A stretch of 64,000 nt of DNA from Abditibacterium sp. GTDB taxonomy: Bacteria > Armatimonadota > Abditibacteriia > Abditibacteriales > Abditibacteriaceae. Every line of letters begins with the position of its first letter. The first letter of the stretch is position 1. The notes below the pieces were generated by a model. It worked only from the letters and a program-made list of their open reading frames with translations. It was not told the DNA's origin and did no database searches. The position numbers and the translations under genes were made by a program. Shown here piece by piece: positions 10,210-19,912 of this stretch. The DNA lies in contig CBDASK010000003.1 in the NCBI GenBank assembly GCA_965199495.1, positions 1,952,001-2,016,000 on the forward strand. The letters are read 5' to 3'.

Positions 10210-10811
10210 GGATGAGCAATGGGCGCATCAGGCGCCGTGGCTGCTGCTGCGGACGACATGGATTTGCGCCAATCGCGCAGGCCGATGAGGCAGAGTATCA
10301 AAAAGAATCCGTAGAGCGCCGAAGTCAGATAAAGCCCGCGATGAAGGTAAAGCGGCACATAAATCAGGTCGGCGAGAATCCAAATCCACCAGTTTTCCAA
10401 GCGTTTGCGCGAGAGCAAATACTGCGCGGCCAGCGAAAGCGCGGTCGTCATGGCGTCCCAAAGCGGCACCGCGCCGCCCGCCAGATGCAAAAATCGCATC
10501 ATGAGCGGCACGGAAAATAATAAGAATAGCGCGCAAACCGTAACATCGAATCGGCTGGCGCGCGTGACGGGGAGGGCCGCTTCGCCGCGCTTGCCGCCAA
10601 CCCACAGCGCCCAGCCGAACACGCCTAAAACCAGATAAACGACTTGCAAACCCGTGTCGCCGTAAAGCCGCGATTGGAAAAATAGGACGCCGAAGAGAAC
10701 GTTGTTGACGATGCCAATCGGGAAGTTCCATAGACTCTGGCGCGCCGTCAGCCAGACGCACCAGGCGCCCGTAATAACGCCCCAGATTTCGGGCCAGGTA
10801 AATCCAAACAC
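10206..10811 (-). CDS. pnuC: Nicotinamide riboside transporter PnuC
   Basis: WNFPIG, LYGD..LQ, DAMTTALS..AQYL..RK.LENW..WI..D; highly hydrophobic. Confidence 0.92.
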   Translation of the reverse strand: MFGFTWPEIWGVITGAWCVWLTARQSLWNFPIGIVNNVLFGVLFFQSRLYGDTGLQVVYLVLGVFGWALWVGGKRGEAALPVTRASRFDVTVCALFLLFSVPLMMRFLHLAGGAVPLWDAMTTALSLAAQYLLSRKRLENWWIWILADLIYVPLYLHRGLYLTSALYGFFLILCLIGLRDWRKSMSSAAAATAPDAPIAHP

Positions 10812-10827
10812 TCAGACATTTTATCAA

Positions 10828-10875
10828 TTGCGCGAGGTTGTGCAGCCCAACTTTGGGTTGCACAACCTCGCGCAA
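10828..10875. repeat. Near-perfect 23-bp-arm palindrome between the SDR gene and pnuC
   Basis: TTGCGCGAGGTTGTGCAGCCCAA-CT-TTGGGTTGCACAACCTCGCGCAA, one G.T pair. Confidence 0.85.
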
Positions 10876-10879
10876 ATTT

Positions 10880-11587
10880 TTACCAATTCATCTGTTTGCC
10901 CATGTGCAAAAATTGGCCGCTCGGCCCATCAGCACCCAATGTCGCCAACCCAACGATGGTTTTGACGCCCTGCGCCGCCGTCATCGGCGCTTTATCGCCG
11001 CCCATATCGGTCTTGGCCCAACCCGGATGCGCGGCGTTGATTTTATAATTCGTGCCCGCTTTTTCCTGCGCCAATTCGACGGTGTAGGCGTTGAGCGCGG
11101 CTTTGGAAGCCGAGTAACTGGCGCGAATCCAGGTTTTCATTTGCGGCTTGGAAATCTCGTTGATGCTGCCCAGGATCGCGCTCAAATTGACGATGCGCGG
11201 CGCATCCGATTGGTCTAACAATGGCAAAAACGCGTTGGTCACGTCCACAACGCCGAAGAAATTGACATCGAACGTGCGCTTCCAATTTTCCGAAGGCACG
11301 CCGCCGACTTTGAAATCGTGTTCGAGCATAATTCCGGCGTTGTTGACCAAAACATCGAGCGATTCGAGTTGCGCGGCGGCGCTGGCAATTGAATCTGAAT
11401 CGGTGACATCGAGTTGCACGAAACGCGCGTCCAAACCTTCGCTTTGCAGCAAAGTTTCGGCGTCTTGTCCGCGATTTTCGTCGCGACAGGCGAGATAAAC
11501 AGTGAAACCATAATCGCGCGCGAGTTGGCGGGCGGTTTCGAGGCCCAGACCTTTATTGGCGCCGGTGATGAGAGCGGTTTTTGACAT
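10880..11587 (-). CDS. SDR family oxidoreductase (carbonyl reductase-like)
   Basis: TGANKGLG, NNAG, YSASK and HPGWAKTDMGG. Confidence 0.92.
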   Translation of the reverse strand: MSKTALITGANKGLGLETARQLARDYGFTVYLACRDENRGQDAETLLQSEGLDARFVQLDVTDSDSIASAAAQLESLDVLVNNAGIMLEHDFKVGGVPSENWKRTFDVNFFGVVDVTNAFLPLLDQSDAPRIVNLSAILGSINEISKPQMKTWIRASYSASKAALNAYTVELAQEKAGTNYKINAAHPGWAKTDMGGDKAPMTAAQGVKTIVGLATLGADGPSGQFLHMGKQMNW

Positions 11588-11715
11588 AATGATTTGGAGA
11601 GAGCAAATCGGGCGACGAAAACCGCGAGACCATGCGCGTAATTCGGCAAAAGTGCCATTGAGAGAGCGCATCAACCCAACAGCGAGTTTTGTGATTCTGC
11701 CAAACTTGGGTTTCG

Positions 11716-13053
11716 ATGAATCGAAATCCAAGTTATCAATTCCCGCCCGACTTTATCTGGGGCGTGGCGGCTGCCAGCGCGCAAATCGAAGGCGCCGCGT
11801 TTGAAGGCGGCAAAGGCGCCTCGATCTGGGACACGTTTTGCCGCCAACCCGGCGCGGTCTTAAACGGTGATACGCTCGATATGGCGTGCGATCACTTTCA
11901 TCTTTACGAGCAGGACGCCGATTTGATGAAAGAATTGGGCTGGCGCAACTACCGCCTGAGCATCGCGTGGCCGCGCGTTTTCCCCGAAGGCACCGGCGAA
12001 ATCAACGAAGCCGGATTGGAGTTTTACGACCGTTTGATTGACGCGTTTTTGGCGCGCGACATCACGCCGTGGGTCACGCTGTTTCACTGGGATTTGCCGC
12101 AACCCTTGGAAGACGAAAACGGCTGGCTCAACCGTGCCACGGTTGACGCGTTCGCGGTTTATGCCGATGTCGTCACCAAGCGTTTGGGCGACCGGGTGAA
12201 AAATTGGCTCACGCTCAACGAAATGCCGTGTTTTATCGGTTTGGGCTACGAAACCGGCATTCACGCGCCGGGGCGCAAAGAGCAGAAACAACTCGTGAAT
12301 CAGGGTTATCATCACGCGCTTTTGGCGCACGGGCGCGCCGTGGCTGCTGTGCGCGCCAACGTGCCCGGCGCGAGCGTTGGTCTGGTGCATAATCCGCCGA
12401 CGCCGATTCCGGTTATCGAAACCGACGAACATATCGAGGCGGCGAAAGGTAATTACGAGCGCGCTAACGGCGCGCTCATGATGCCGGTTTTCGCGGGCAA
12501 ATATCCCGATTGGTTTATGGATTCGCCCGACGCGCCCAAAGTGGAAGACGGCGATATGGAGATTATCGCGCAACCGGGCGATTTTCTGGGCTTGAATCTC
12601 TACGCCGGATATTTCGTGAGCGCCGACAACCCGGCGCAACAACTGCCGTTTCCCAACCAATTTCCGCGCGGCGATTTGCCGTGGATTCACGTCACGCCGC
12701 AAACGCTCTACTGGCAAATCCGCTTGGCGCGCGAAGTTTTCGGCGTCGAATCGTTTTACGTCACCGAAAACGGCGCGGCGTTCGATGACCAATTGACCGA
12801 CGCAGGCGAAGTCATTGATTTAGATCGGCGCGAATATCTGCGCAATTATCTCATCGGCTTGCAGCGCGCCAGCGCCGAGGGTTTCGATGTGAAGGGCTAT
12901 TTCGCGTGGAGCGTGATGGACAACTACGAATGGGCCGAGGGTTACGCCAAACGATTCGGTTTGATTCACGTTGATTTCGCGACGCAAAAGCGGGTGCCGA
13001 AATTATCGGCCCAATGGTATAGCACGGTCTGCCGCGAAAATCGTGTGGTTTAA
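11716..13053 (+). CDS. GH1 beta-glucosidase
   Basis: FPPDFIWGVA..SAQIEG, TLNEM (acid/base), VTENG (nucleophile) and DNYEWAEGY. Confidence 0.95.
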   Translation: MNRNPSYQFPPDFIWGVAAASAQIEGAAFEGGKGASIWDTFCRQPGAVLNGDTLDMACDHFHLYEQDADLMKELGWRNYRLSIAWPRVFPEGTGEINEAGLEFYDRLIDAFLARDITPWVTLFHWDLPQPLEDENGWLNRATVDAFAVYADVVTKRLGDRVKNWLTLNEMPCFIGLGYETGIHAPGRKEQKQLVNQGYHHALLAHGRAVAAVRANVPGASVGLVHNPPTPIPVIETDEHIEAAKGNYERANGALMMPVFAGKYPDWFMDSPDAPKVEDGDMEIIAQPGDFLGLNLYAGYFVSADNPAQQLPFPNQFPRGDLPWIHVTPQTLYWQIRLAREVFGVESFYVTENGAAFDDQLTDAGEVIDLDRREYLRNYLIGLQRASAEGFDVKGYFAWSVMDNYEWAEGYAKRFGLIHVDFATQKRVPKLSAQWYSTVCRENRVV

Positions 13054-13058
13054 AGTTT

Positions 13059-13157
13059 CCGTAGAGACGCCGATTTATCGCGCCTAACACTGTCAGAGTT
13101 GCTTTGTCGTAACGGAATTTACGACGTTTTAGACGCGATAAATCGGCGTCTCTACGG
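13059..13157. repeat. REP doublet (REPIN-like), GTAG type
   Basis: GTAGAGACGCCGATTTATCGCGCCTAA plus the inverted copy TTAGACGCGATAAATCGGCGTCTCTAC. Confidence 0.8.
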
Positions 13158-13222
13158 GACAAGCGAAATTTACAAACATCGGGAACTTAAAAGCCGCGCC
13201 GCGCAGTCACCCATTTCAGCTC

Positions 13223-15082
13223 ATGAAAAAATCTCTTTTGCTCGCGGGTTTGTGTCTGCTTGGTTTATCGCACGTTCCGGCCCAAGCCGCGCCGGTTTTC
13301 GAGAGTGCGCCGTTTGGCGGCAAGGCGCAACCGGTGCCCGCCGGGGCGAAGTTGACGTTGCAGCCACGGCGGGCGAGTTACTTCTTGGGCGAGAACGTTA
13401 TCGCCGATTTTCAGGTCGAAAACGTGGCCCAAACGCCGTTTGCGATTTCTGTCGGCGGCGATTATCGCGGCGGCACGCGCGCCGACCGTTTCAAAATCAG
13501 CGCGCTTGATGCGGCGGGACAGCCCGTGGCTGATCCGTCGCCGACCGAAAATAATTTCGGCGGTTTGGGCGGCGCCGTTCTGGTTAAGCCGGGCCAGATT
13601 TGGACGCGGACGCTTTCGCTTTTGCCCTATTTGCGCTTGGAAGCGCCGGGCGAATATCAACTTTCGGCGACGCACGATTTGGGTTGGAAAGCCACGAAAG
13701 AGCGCTCGTTGCCCATCGCTCACGCGACGATTCAGTTGCAGATGCCGACACCGGAACAAGCGCGAGAAATCGTGGCGAAAATCGAAGCGTTGCCAAAAGC
13801 TGACGGCGTATCAATGGGCGAGCGCAATCCCAACGAATGGGCCGATTTTTCGGCGCTGCATTATCCGGTTTATCTGCCGATCATCGCTCCTCAAATTCGC
13901 GCGGGCGACGCGCGCTTTTTACCGTCAGTTGCCAAACTCGAAACGCCCGAAGCCACGCGTTTGCTCATCGAATTGTTGGATGCCAAACCCGAAATCGCGC
14001 GTCAAGCCGCCGCGTATTTGACCGAGCGCTTGCCCGTCAACGACGCCGATCCGATGATTCCTGCCGCGCTCGCCGACCGGCCCGAATTGCGCGCGTTTCG
14101 GGCGCAACGCCTTGAGCGCGTCGAGCGCTCGTGGCGCCCGGAGTTCGCCGCGCCGACATTGGATTACGCGCGCCGCGCGCTGCAAAGCGACGAACGTGAA
14201 ACGCTGCGATTGGGCGCGCATTTGATGATGAATCTGGGCGCGGCGCCGGATTATTCGCGGGTTATCGCGGCGCTCAACCGGCGTTTGCCCTTGACGGCCA
14301 AAAAACCGCGTTGGCAATACGTTGGCAACGACCAAGATAACACGATGGAAGGTTGGCAGTTGCAGGACGATTGTCTCGGACTGGCGCGCGCCGCGCTACA
14401 AATCCGGCGGCGCGATGCAGCCACGCCGCCCGGTGACAACACAGCGGCAGACGCCGTCGTTGAAATCGTGGGCATGAAAACCGACCCCGCGCGCTTGGAA
14501 AACGCGTGGGCCGCGCGCGTCACGCCGTATTTGCGCGCGAAGTTGCCGTTTATCCGGCAATTGGCGTTGGAAAGTTTGGTGCCGCCGTACAATTTCAAAA
14601 GTCGGCCTGTCGCCGTAACGCCGACCCGATTAACGCCCGATGTGCGCGCGCTTTTGCCCGCGTTGTTGGCCGATTCCGACATCAGCGTGCGCGTGGCGGC
14701 GGTGACGTTGGCGGGCGCTTCGCGCGACAAAAGTTTGGCTTCGGATGTCTTGAAGAATCTGGCGCAAACGCGCAACAGTTGGGACATCGGCCCCGCCAAT
14801 GAAGCCACGCGCAATCTGGGGGTTTCGCTGCGCGCCGCGCAAATTTGGGCCAATCGGTTGGAACAACCCAAAATGTTCCGGCTGGCGATTGATTCGCTTT
14901 TGCAAATGACGACCGGTAGAGGTTTGAGCGGTTCAAGTCTCGACAGCCCGGAACAGGGCGCGCTTTATCTGCCGCGCTGGCGCCAGTTTTTGCATCGCAA
15001 CTCGGCGGTTTTGGCGGCGAACCAAACGATTGCGCGCGAGAAAATCCCGCGCGATTTGTATCCGGCGGATTGGAGTTTGTGA
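13223..15082 (+). CDS. Secreted hypothetical protein with an Ig-like N-domain and HEAT-like repeats
   Basis: Signal peptide ending AQA, PGEYQL, and LLADSDISVRVAAV-type HEAT segments. Confidence 0.6.
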   Translation: MKKSLLLAGLCLLGLSHVPAQAAPVFESAPFGGKAQPVPAGAKLTLQPRRASYFLGENVIADFQVENVAQTPFAISVGGDYRGGTRADRFKISALDAAGQPVADPSPTENNFGGLGGAVLVKPGQIWTRTLSLLPYLRLEAPGEYQLSATHDLGWKATKERSLPIAHATIQLQMPTPEQAREIVAKIEALPKADGVSMGERNPNEWADFSALHYPVYLPIIAPQIRAGDARFLPSVAKLETPEATRLLIELLDAKPEIARQAAAYLTERLPVNDADPMIPAALADRPELRAFRAQRLERVERSWRPEFAAPTLDYARRALQSDERETLRLGAHLMMNLGAAPDYSRVIAALNRRLPLTAKKPRWQYVGNDQDNTMEGWQLQDDCLGLARAALQIRRRDAATPPGDNTAADAVVEIVGMKTDPARLENAWAARVTPYLRAKLPFIRQLALESLVPPYNFKSRPVAVTPTRLTPDVRALLPALLADSDISVRVAAVTLAGASRDKSLASDVLKNLAQTRNSWDIGPANEATRNLGVSLRAAQIWANRLEQPKMFRLAIDSLLQMTTGRGLSGSSLDSPEQGALYLPRWRQFLHRNSAVLAANQTIAREKIPRDLYPADWSL

Positions 15083-15083
15083 T

Positions 15084-16883
15084 TTATTTCCACGTCACGC
15101 CGACGCGCCATTGATCGTTGTCGGTGCCTTGGTGTTCCTGGCGCGCGTATTCCACGGCCAAACCCAAGCCGTTGCCGCCTGCCGCGCTGCCCGCGTTGAT
15201 GCGCGCGCCGAACTCTTTGTCGCCGGTGTTCCACGCGCCGCCTATCGGGCGAAACGGCGCTGACATCGGGTCGGCGAGCCATTGGCCGGGCAACGCCGCG
15301 CCGTCGCGAAAATTGAGATCGAGGCGCGCGGCGCGCGTGAACTGCAATTGCGCCTCGACATGGCGCGCGACGCTGCCCTGATCGGCCCACGAAGCGTCGT
15401 TGCCGTGCGCCAAATCCACGATGGTGTTGACCTTCATACCAAAAAACAGCGGGCGTTGCGCCTGCAAACGCAGCGTTTGCAGACTTTGCCAGTTCGCCAG
15501 ACTTTCGTCGTCGCTGGAGCGCGTCGCGTATTTGGCGAGTAAGGTTCCGGCTTTGTCTTTGTGGCTCAACTGAAAGCCGATGCGGTTTTCTTCGCTCTGG
15601 TTGAACGGTGTCCAAGGCGCCGTGGCTGCTGTTGTATCCGCCGTCGCATCGTCGCGCCAGCCCAAGGTTTGCGAGGTGCCAACCGTGGCCGAAAACGCCA
15701 ACTCTTTGTTCAAATTCCATTCGACGCCGACATCGCCGCCCTGATTTTGCGTTTCTTCGGTGCGCATTGCGTTCTCGGCGGCGCCCGCCTGTAAAGATGC
15801 GGCGAAATCGTCGCCCGCGCGCACGATTTGCGCGGCACCGACCGCTCCGTTGGCTTTGAACGACAGATTGGGCGTGACCTTCAATTTCAAATCGGCGACG
15901 GCGTTGGCGTCGCGATTTTCCAAGGTGTCGCCGGTTTTGGCGGCGCCCAGATTGCGCCGTTCGCGTTGAGTCGCCGCCAGTTTGATGTTTCCCGTCAGCG
16001 CGTCGGTTTTGATTTCCTGCGTCAGGCGAGCGTTGCCCGCCGTGCCACCGTTAGCATCGGAACTGCCCAGCGTGCTATAACCGGCGGCGGTGTCGCTCCA
16101 CTCGACCGCAACGTCGGCTTTGCCAAGGGGATGTTTAATCGGGCCACCTAATTTGGCGCTCCAACTCGATTTGTCGTCTTTGGCGTCTTGCAGCGAAGCG
16201 AGCGCATAATTGCCGTTGAATTTCCACTTCATCGGCAAGTTCAGCCCGCCGCCCGCGCCCATGAAGGTGCCTTCGCGCATTTTAACGGCGTCGCCCGCAG
16301 CCACGTCGCGCTGCGCCCGCGAAACGTTGAGTTCCAAATTGCCGTCTTTGCCCGCAAACGGTTTGGCGCGCAGCCACGTCACGTTTTGCGCATCGGCGAC
16401 GCCCGATTTTTTGCCGGTCAGCGCGCGATCAAAGTCAGCCAGCGATTCGTCCAACTGGCGCGGGCGCAATGTCGAACCGATTTCGAGCATGCCCAACTGC
16501 GCGCTCACGCCCGCGTTGGCATTAATGCCCGCCAGAGTCGGCGGCGCGACGCGGCCCAGACTGAACTTGGCTTTGCTGCCCAGAACTTCGCCGCTCATCA
16601 AATCGCGGCTGGCGAATTTGCCGCGCCCATCGAAGGTGTCGCGCCATTCGCGCAGTCCGGCGACGAGCGAAAACTGCTGCGTCGCGGCGTCGGTGAACTG
16701 GCTTTGTTGCGCGGGCTGCAACTCTTTTTTGACCGCGCCCAGTTGCGCGTTTTGCCACAATTCGCCCTGCGCTTCGGGCGCCGACGGCAACAGATTATCG
16801 GCTTTGGGCGCATCGGCGGCGCGCGCAACGCCACAGAATAAGGGCGCTAAAGCGATGGCGGCGGTGAATGAGTTGAATCGCAT
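15084..16883 (-). CDS. Hypothetical outer-membrane beta-barrel-like protein
   Basis: Signal peptide, alternating-polarity strands and C-terminal WRVGVTWK. Confidence 0.55.
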   Translation of the reverse strand: MRFNSFTAAIALAPLFCGVARAADAPKADNLLPSAPEAQGELWQNAQLGAVKKELQPAQQSQFTDAATQQFSLVAGLREWRDTFDGRGKFASRDLMSGEVLGSKAKFSLGRVAPPTLAGINANAGVSAQLGMLEIGSTLRPRQLDESLADFDRALTGKKSGVADAQNVTWLRAKPFAGKDGNLELNVSRAQRDVAAGDAVKMREGTFMGAGGGLNLPMKWKFNGNYALASLQDAKDDKSSWSAKLGGPIKHPLGKADVAVEWSDTAAGYSTLGSSDANGGTAGNARLTQEIKTDALTGNIKLAATQRERRNLGAAKTGDTLENRDANAVADLKLKVTPNLSFKANGAVGAAQIVRAGDDFAASLQAGAAENAMRTEETQNQGGDVGVEWNLNKELAFSATVGTSQTLGWRDDATADTTAATAPWTPFNQSEENRIGFQLSHKDKAGTLLAKYATRSSDDESLANWQSLQTLRLQAQRPLFFGMKVNTIVDLAHGNDASWADQGSVARHVEAQLQFTRAARLDLNFRDGAALPGQWLADPMSAPFRPIGGAWNTGDKEFGARINAGSAAGGNGLGLAVEYARQEHQGTDNDQWRVGVTWK

Positions 16884-16931
16884 GATATAAGAGGCGGCCA
16901 GAAGCGCGGTTTCGGGTCTAAGATGCTTTTT

Positions 16932-17026
16932 GTAGAGACACCGACTTGTCGTGTCTAAAACGTTAGATCTGCCGCGAATTTAGTGGGTTCATTGACGTTT
17001 TAGACACGACAAGTCGGTGTCTCTAC
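16932..17026. repeat. REP doublet (REPIN-like), GTAG type
   Basis: GTAGAGACACCGACTTGTCGTGTCTAAAACGT plus a perfect inverted copy. Confidence 0.8.
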
Positions 17027-17125
17027 GAAAGGCATCGCGAAATATTCCCCAGTATTTTGCCCTCTTAGAGACACCATCTTAACCAAAGTCGCGCTCCGTC
17101 CCATTAGACTTGCTTGGAACAGCAA

Positions 17126-19615
17126 ATGCCCACTCCCGCCAAACCTTCGTCCAAACCACGCGCTCCGCGCTCCACAACTCGCGCGCGCGCCGCCGCAAAA
17201 ACGCCACGCGCGGTTAAACCAATCGCTGATCTCGACCAGCCGCAATGGTATTTTAACCGCGAATTGTCGTGGCTCGAATTCAATCATCGCGTTTTGGAAG
17301 AGGCGATTGACCCAACTAATCCCGCGCTCGAACGCCTCAAGTTTCTGGCGATTTTCAGCTCGAATTTGGACGAATTTTTCGAGATTCGCGTCGCCGGTTT
17401 GCAGCAACAAGCCGAATCGCGCCCTTACGATGCTGGGCCGGACGGCTTGACGGCGGCGCAAACCATCGAGGGCATCGCCGCGCGCGTGCGCCGTTTGGTT
17501 TCGGATCAATACAAATGCTACAACGACGGCGTCGTGCCCGCGCTGGCCGCCGCCGGTTTGGATTTGTCTACCGTTGACGATTTGGACGCGCGCGGGCGCA
17601 AATGGGCGTTGGAATATTTCGAGCGCGAAGTCTTTCCGGTTCTCACGCCGCTCGCGGTTGACCCGGCGCATCCGTTTCCACAACTCGCCAATAAGTCGCT
17701 GAATTTGGTGGTCGAACTGCGCGTGGCTGACCGGCCCGGCCAGATTGACGGACTTTTGCGCGACGAACATCATAGCGAATTTCGGCTGGGCGTCGTGCAA
17801 GTCCCGCGCATTTTGCCGCGCCTCATCGAAGTGCCCGCGACTCACGCGCCGCCGGGTCGCAAGATTTATCTGTTTCTGTCGAGTTTGATTTCGGCGTATA
17901 TCGGCAATTTGTTTCCCGGCCTCGAAGTGCGCGGCTGCTACGCGTTTCGCGTGACGCGCAACTCCGAGTTGTATCTGGACGAGGACGAAGCCGACAATTT
18001 GCTCGAAGCGATGCAGGAACAGTTGGCGCGCCGTCGCAAGGGCGACGCCGTGAGATTGGAAGTGCAGCGCGGCGCCAACCCCGCCGTTGTCGAGCATTTA
18101 TTGGATACGTTTCATCTCGACCGCGACGATTTATATGAAGTGGACGGCCCAATCAATCTGACGCGCTTGATGGCGATTTACGGAAGCGAAAACCGGCCCG
18201 ATTTGAAAGACCCGTCGTTTGCCCCAGCCACGCCGTCCGTGTTGCGCGGCGCCGATACGCCCGACGCTTATTTCGGCGTCATCGCGCGCGACGATATTTT
18301 GCTGCATCATCCCTACGATTCGTTTCGGCCCGTGACGCGATTCATCGAATACGCCGCGCGCGATCCGCACACTTTGGCGATAAAAGTCACGCTCTATCGC
18401 ACCTCGAAAGATTCGCCGATTGTGCGCGCGCTGATGCAGGCCGCGCAAAGCGGCAAGCAGGTCACGGCCTTGGTCGAACTCAAAGCGCGCTTCGATGAAG
18501 AGAACAACATTCACTGGGCGCAGGCGATGGAAGACGCGGGCGTTCACGTCGTTTACGGTTTGGTCGGCCTGAAAACGCACTCCAAACTGGCTTTGGTGGT
18601 GCGGCGCGAAAACGATCAGATTCGACGCTATGTGCATCTGGGAACCGGCAATTATAACGAAGTGACGGCGCGCATTTATACCGATATTGGAATGCTGACC
18701 GCCGATGCGCAAATCGGCGAAGACGCCGCCAAAATCTTCAATTTGCTGACCGGCATGAGCCAGTTTCCCGGCCTCGACAAACTGATGATGGCGCCGTTCG
18801 ATTTGGACAAAGAGTTCATCGCGCGCATCGAACGCGAGGCGAATAACGCGCGCAAATCGGTGCGCTCGAAGACGCAAAAAATTCCGTCGCGCATCATCAT
18901 CAAGATGAACTCGTTAGTTGATCCGGGCGCGATTAAAGCGTTGTATCGCGCCAGTCAGGCGGGCGTGCAGATTGATCTAATTATTCGCGGCATTTGCTGT
19001 TTGCGCCCCGGCGTGGCTGGTCTGAGCGAGAACATTCGCGTGCGCTCGATTATTGGCAGATTCTTGGAACATTCTCGGATATTTTATTTCGAGAACGGCG
19101 GGCAACCGGAGATTTTCTGTGGCAGCGCCGACTGGATGCCGCGCAATTTTTTCCGGCGCATCGAAGTGATTTATCCCGTCAATAGCGCCGCGCCGCGCGC
19201 GCGCATTCAGATGATCTTGGCCGAGGCGCTGGCGGATAACGTCAAGGCGCGCGAAGTGCTGCCCGATGGTTCGAGCCGCCATATCGTGCGCGAGGCGGAC
19301 ACCGAGAAACACGATTTTCAAGGCGATTCGCTCAAACGGGCGAGCGAGCGGCGCGCCCAATCGGATGCGCAGGACGCGCGCGCGTCCGTGCAGCCACCGG
19401 GGCTGGCTCCGCTCAAACTGCAAACCAAACCGTGGGGCAATCGCGCGGTTCCGGTCGGCATTTCGCCCGTTGACGGCTTGCCGGGCACGGGCGACGATCC
19501 GGTTTTGCAGTCGCTGCAACAATCGCTGCGCGAAAGCAGCACGGCGCGCAAGGAAGAAAAAAATGCCGAAGAGTTCGCCGATGCGATTGAGGCGAGCGAA
19601 AGCGAAACGAGCTAA
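17126..19615 (+). CDS. ppk1: Polyphosphate kinase 1
   Basis: NRELSWLEFN.RVL, LHHPYDSF, ELKARFDEENNI, KTHSK, HLGTGNYN, RFLEHSR and GSADWMPRN. Confidence 0.97.
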   Translation: MPTPAKPSSKPRAPRSTTRARAAAKTPRAVKPIADLDQPQWYFNRELSWLEFNHRVLEEAIDPTNPALERLKFLAIFSSNLDEFFEIRVAGLQQQAESRPYDAGPDGLTAAQTIEGIAARVRRLVSDQYKCYNDGVVPALAAAGLDLSTVDDLDARGRKWALEYFEREVFPVLTPLAVDPAHPFPQLANKSLNLVVELRVADRPGQIDGLLRDEHHSEFRLGVVQVPRILPRLIEVPATHAPPGRKIYLFLSSLISAYIGNLFPGLEVRGCYAFRVTRNSELYLDEDEADNLLEAMQEQLARRRKGDAVRLEVQRGANPAVVEHLLDTFHLDRDDLYEVDGPINLTRLMAIYGSENRPDLKDPSFAPATPSVLRGADTPDAYFGVIARDDILLHHPYDSFRPVTRFIEYAARDPHTLAIKVTLYRTSKDSPIVRALMQAAQSGKQVTALVELKARFDEENNIHWAQAMEDAGVHVVYGLVGLKTHSKLALVVRRENDQIRRYVHLGTGNYNEVTARIYTDIGMLTADAQIGEDAAKIFNLLTGMSQFPGLDKLMMAPFDLDKEFIARIEREANNARKSVRSKTQKIPSRIIIKMNSLVDPGAIKALYRASQAGVQIDLIIRGICCLRPGVAGLSENIRVRSIIGRFLEHSRIFYFENGGQPEIFCGSADWMPRNFFRRIEVIYPVNSAAPRARIQMILAEALADNVKAREVLPDGSSRHIVREADTEKHDFQGDSLKRASERRAQSDAQDARASVQPPGLAPLKLQTKPWGNRAVPVGISPVDGLPGTGDDPVLQSLQQSLRESSTARKEEKNAEEFADAIEASESETS

Positions 19616-19651
19616 TTTCGTGTGCAAGTTCCTTTCGCGCGTAATATCGCC

Positions 19652-19786
19652 CACATTGTCATTCTGAGCGTAGAGAGGAACGAAGTCGAAGAATCCATGA
19701 CGTAACGGATTCGACAAAAGTTGAATTCACGCGTAACCGATGGATTCTTCGACTTCGTTCCTCTCTACGCTCAGAATGACAATGTG
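19652..19786. repeat. Perfect 47-bp inverted repeat (GTCATTCTGAGC type) nested in an outer inverted repeat (19613-19816)
   Basis: Arms 19652-19698 and 19740-19786 are exact reverse complements. Confidence 0.9.
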
Positions 19787-19912
19787 AAAGCTAAAACAAC
19801 TCGCACACCGCGTTAGTTAATTTCGCTTTAATGCGATAGAAAATCACCACGATTCACCGCGCGCAAAACGGGTAAAATCTTTCTCGAATCCCAACAAATT
19901 CCAACCAATATA

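Noticed and set aside
10812..10879. NAD-sensing riboswitch upstream of pnuC
   Set aside because: Only a simple near-perfect palindrome is present, with no aptamer features I can recognise.
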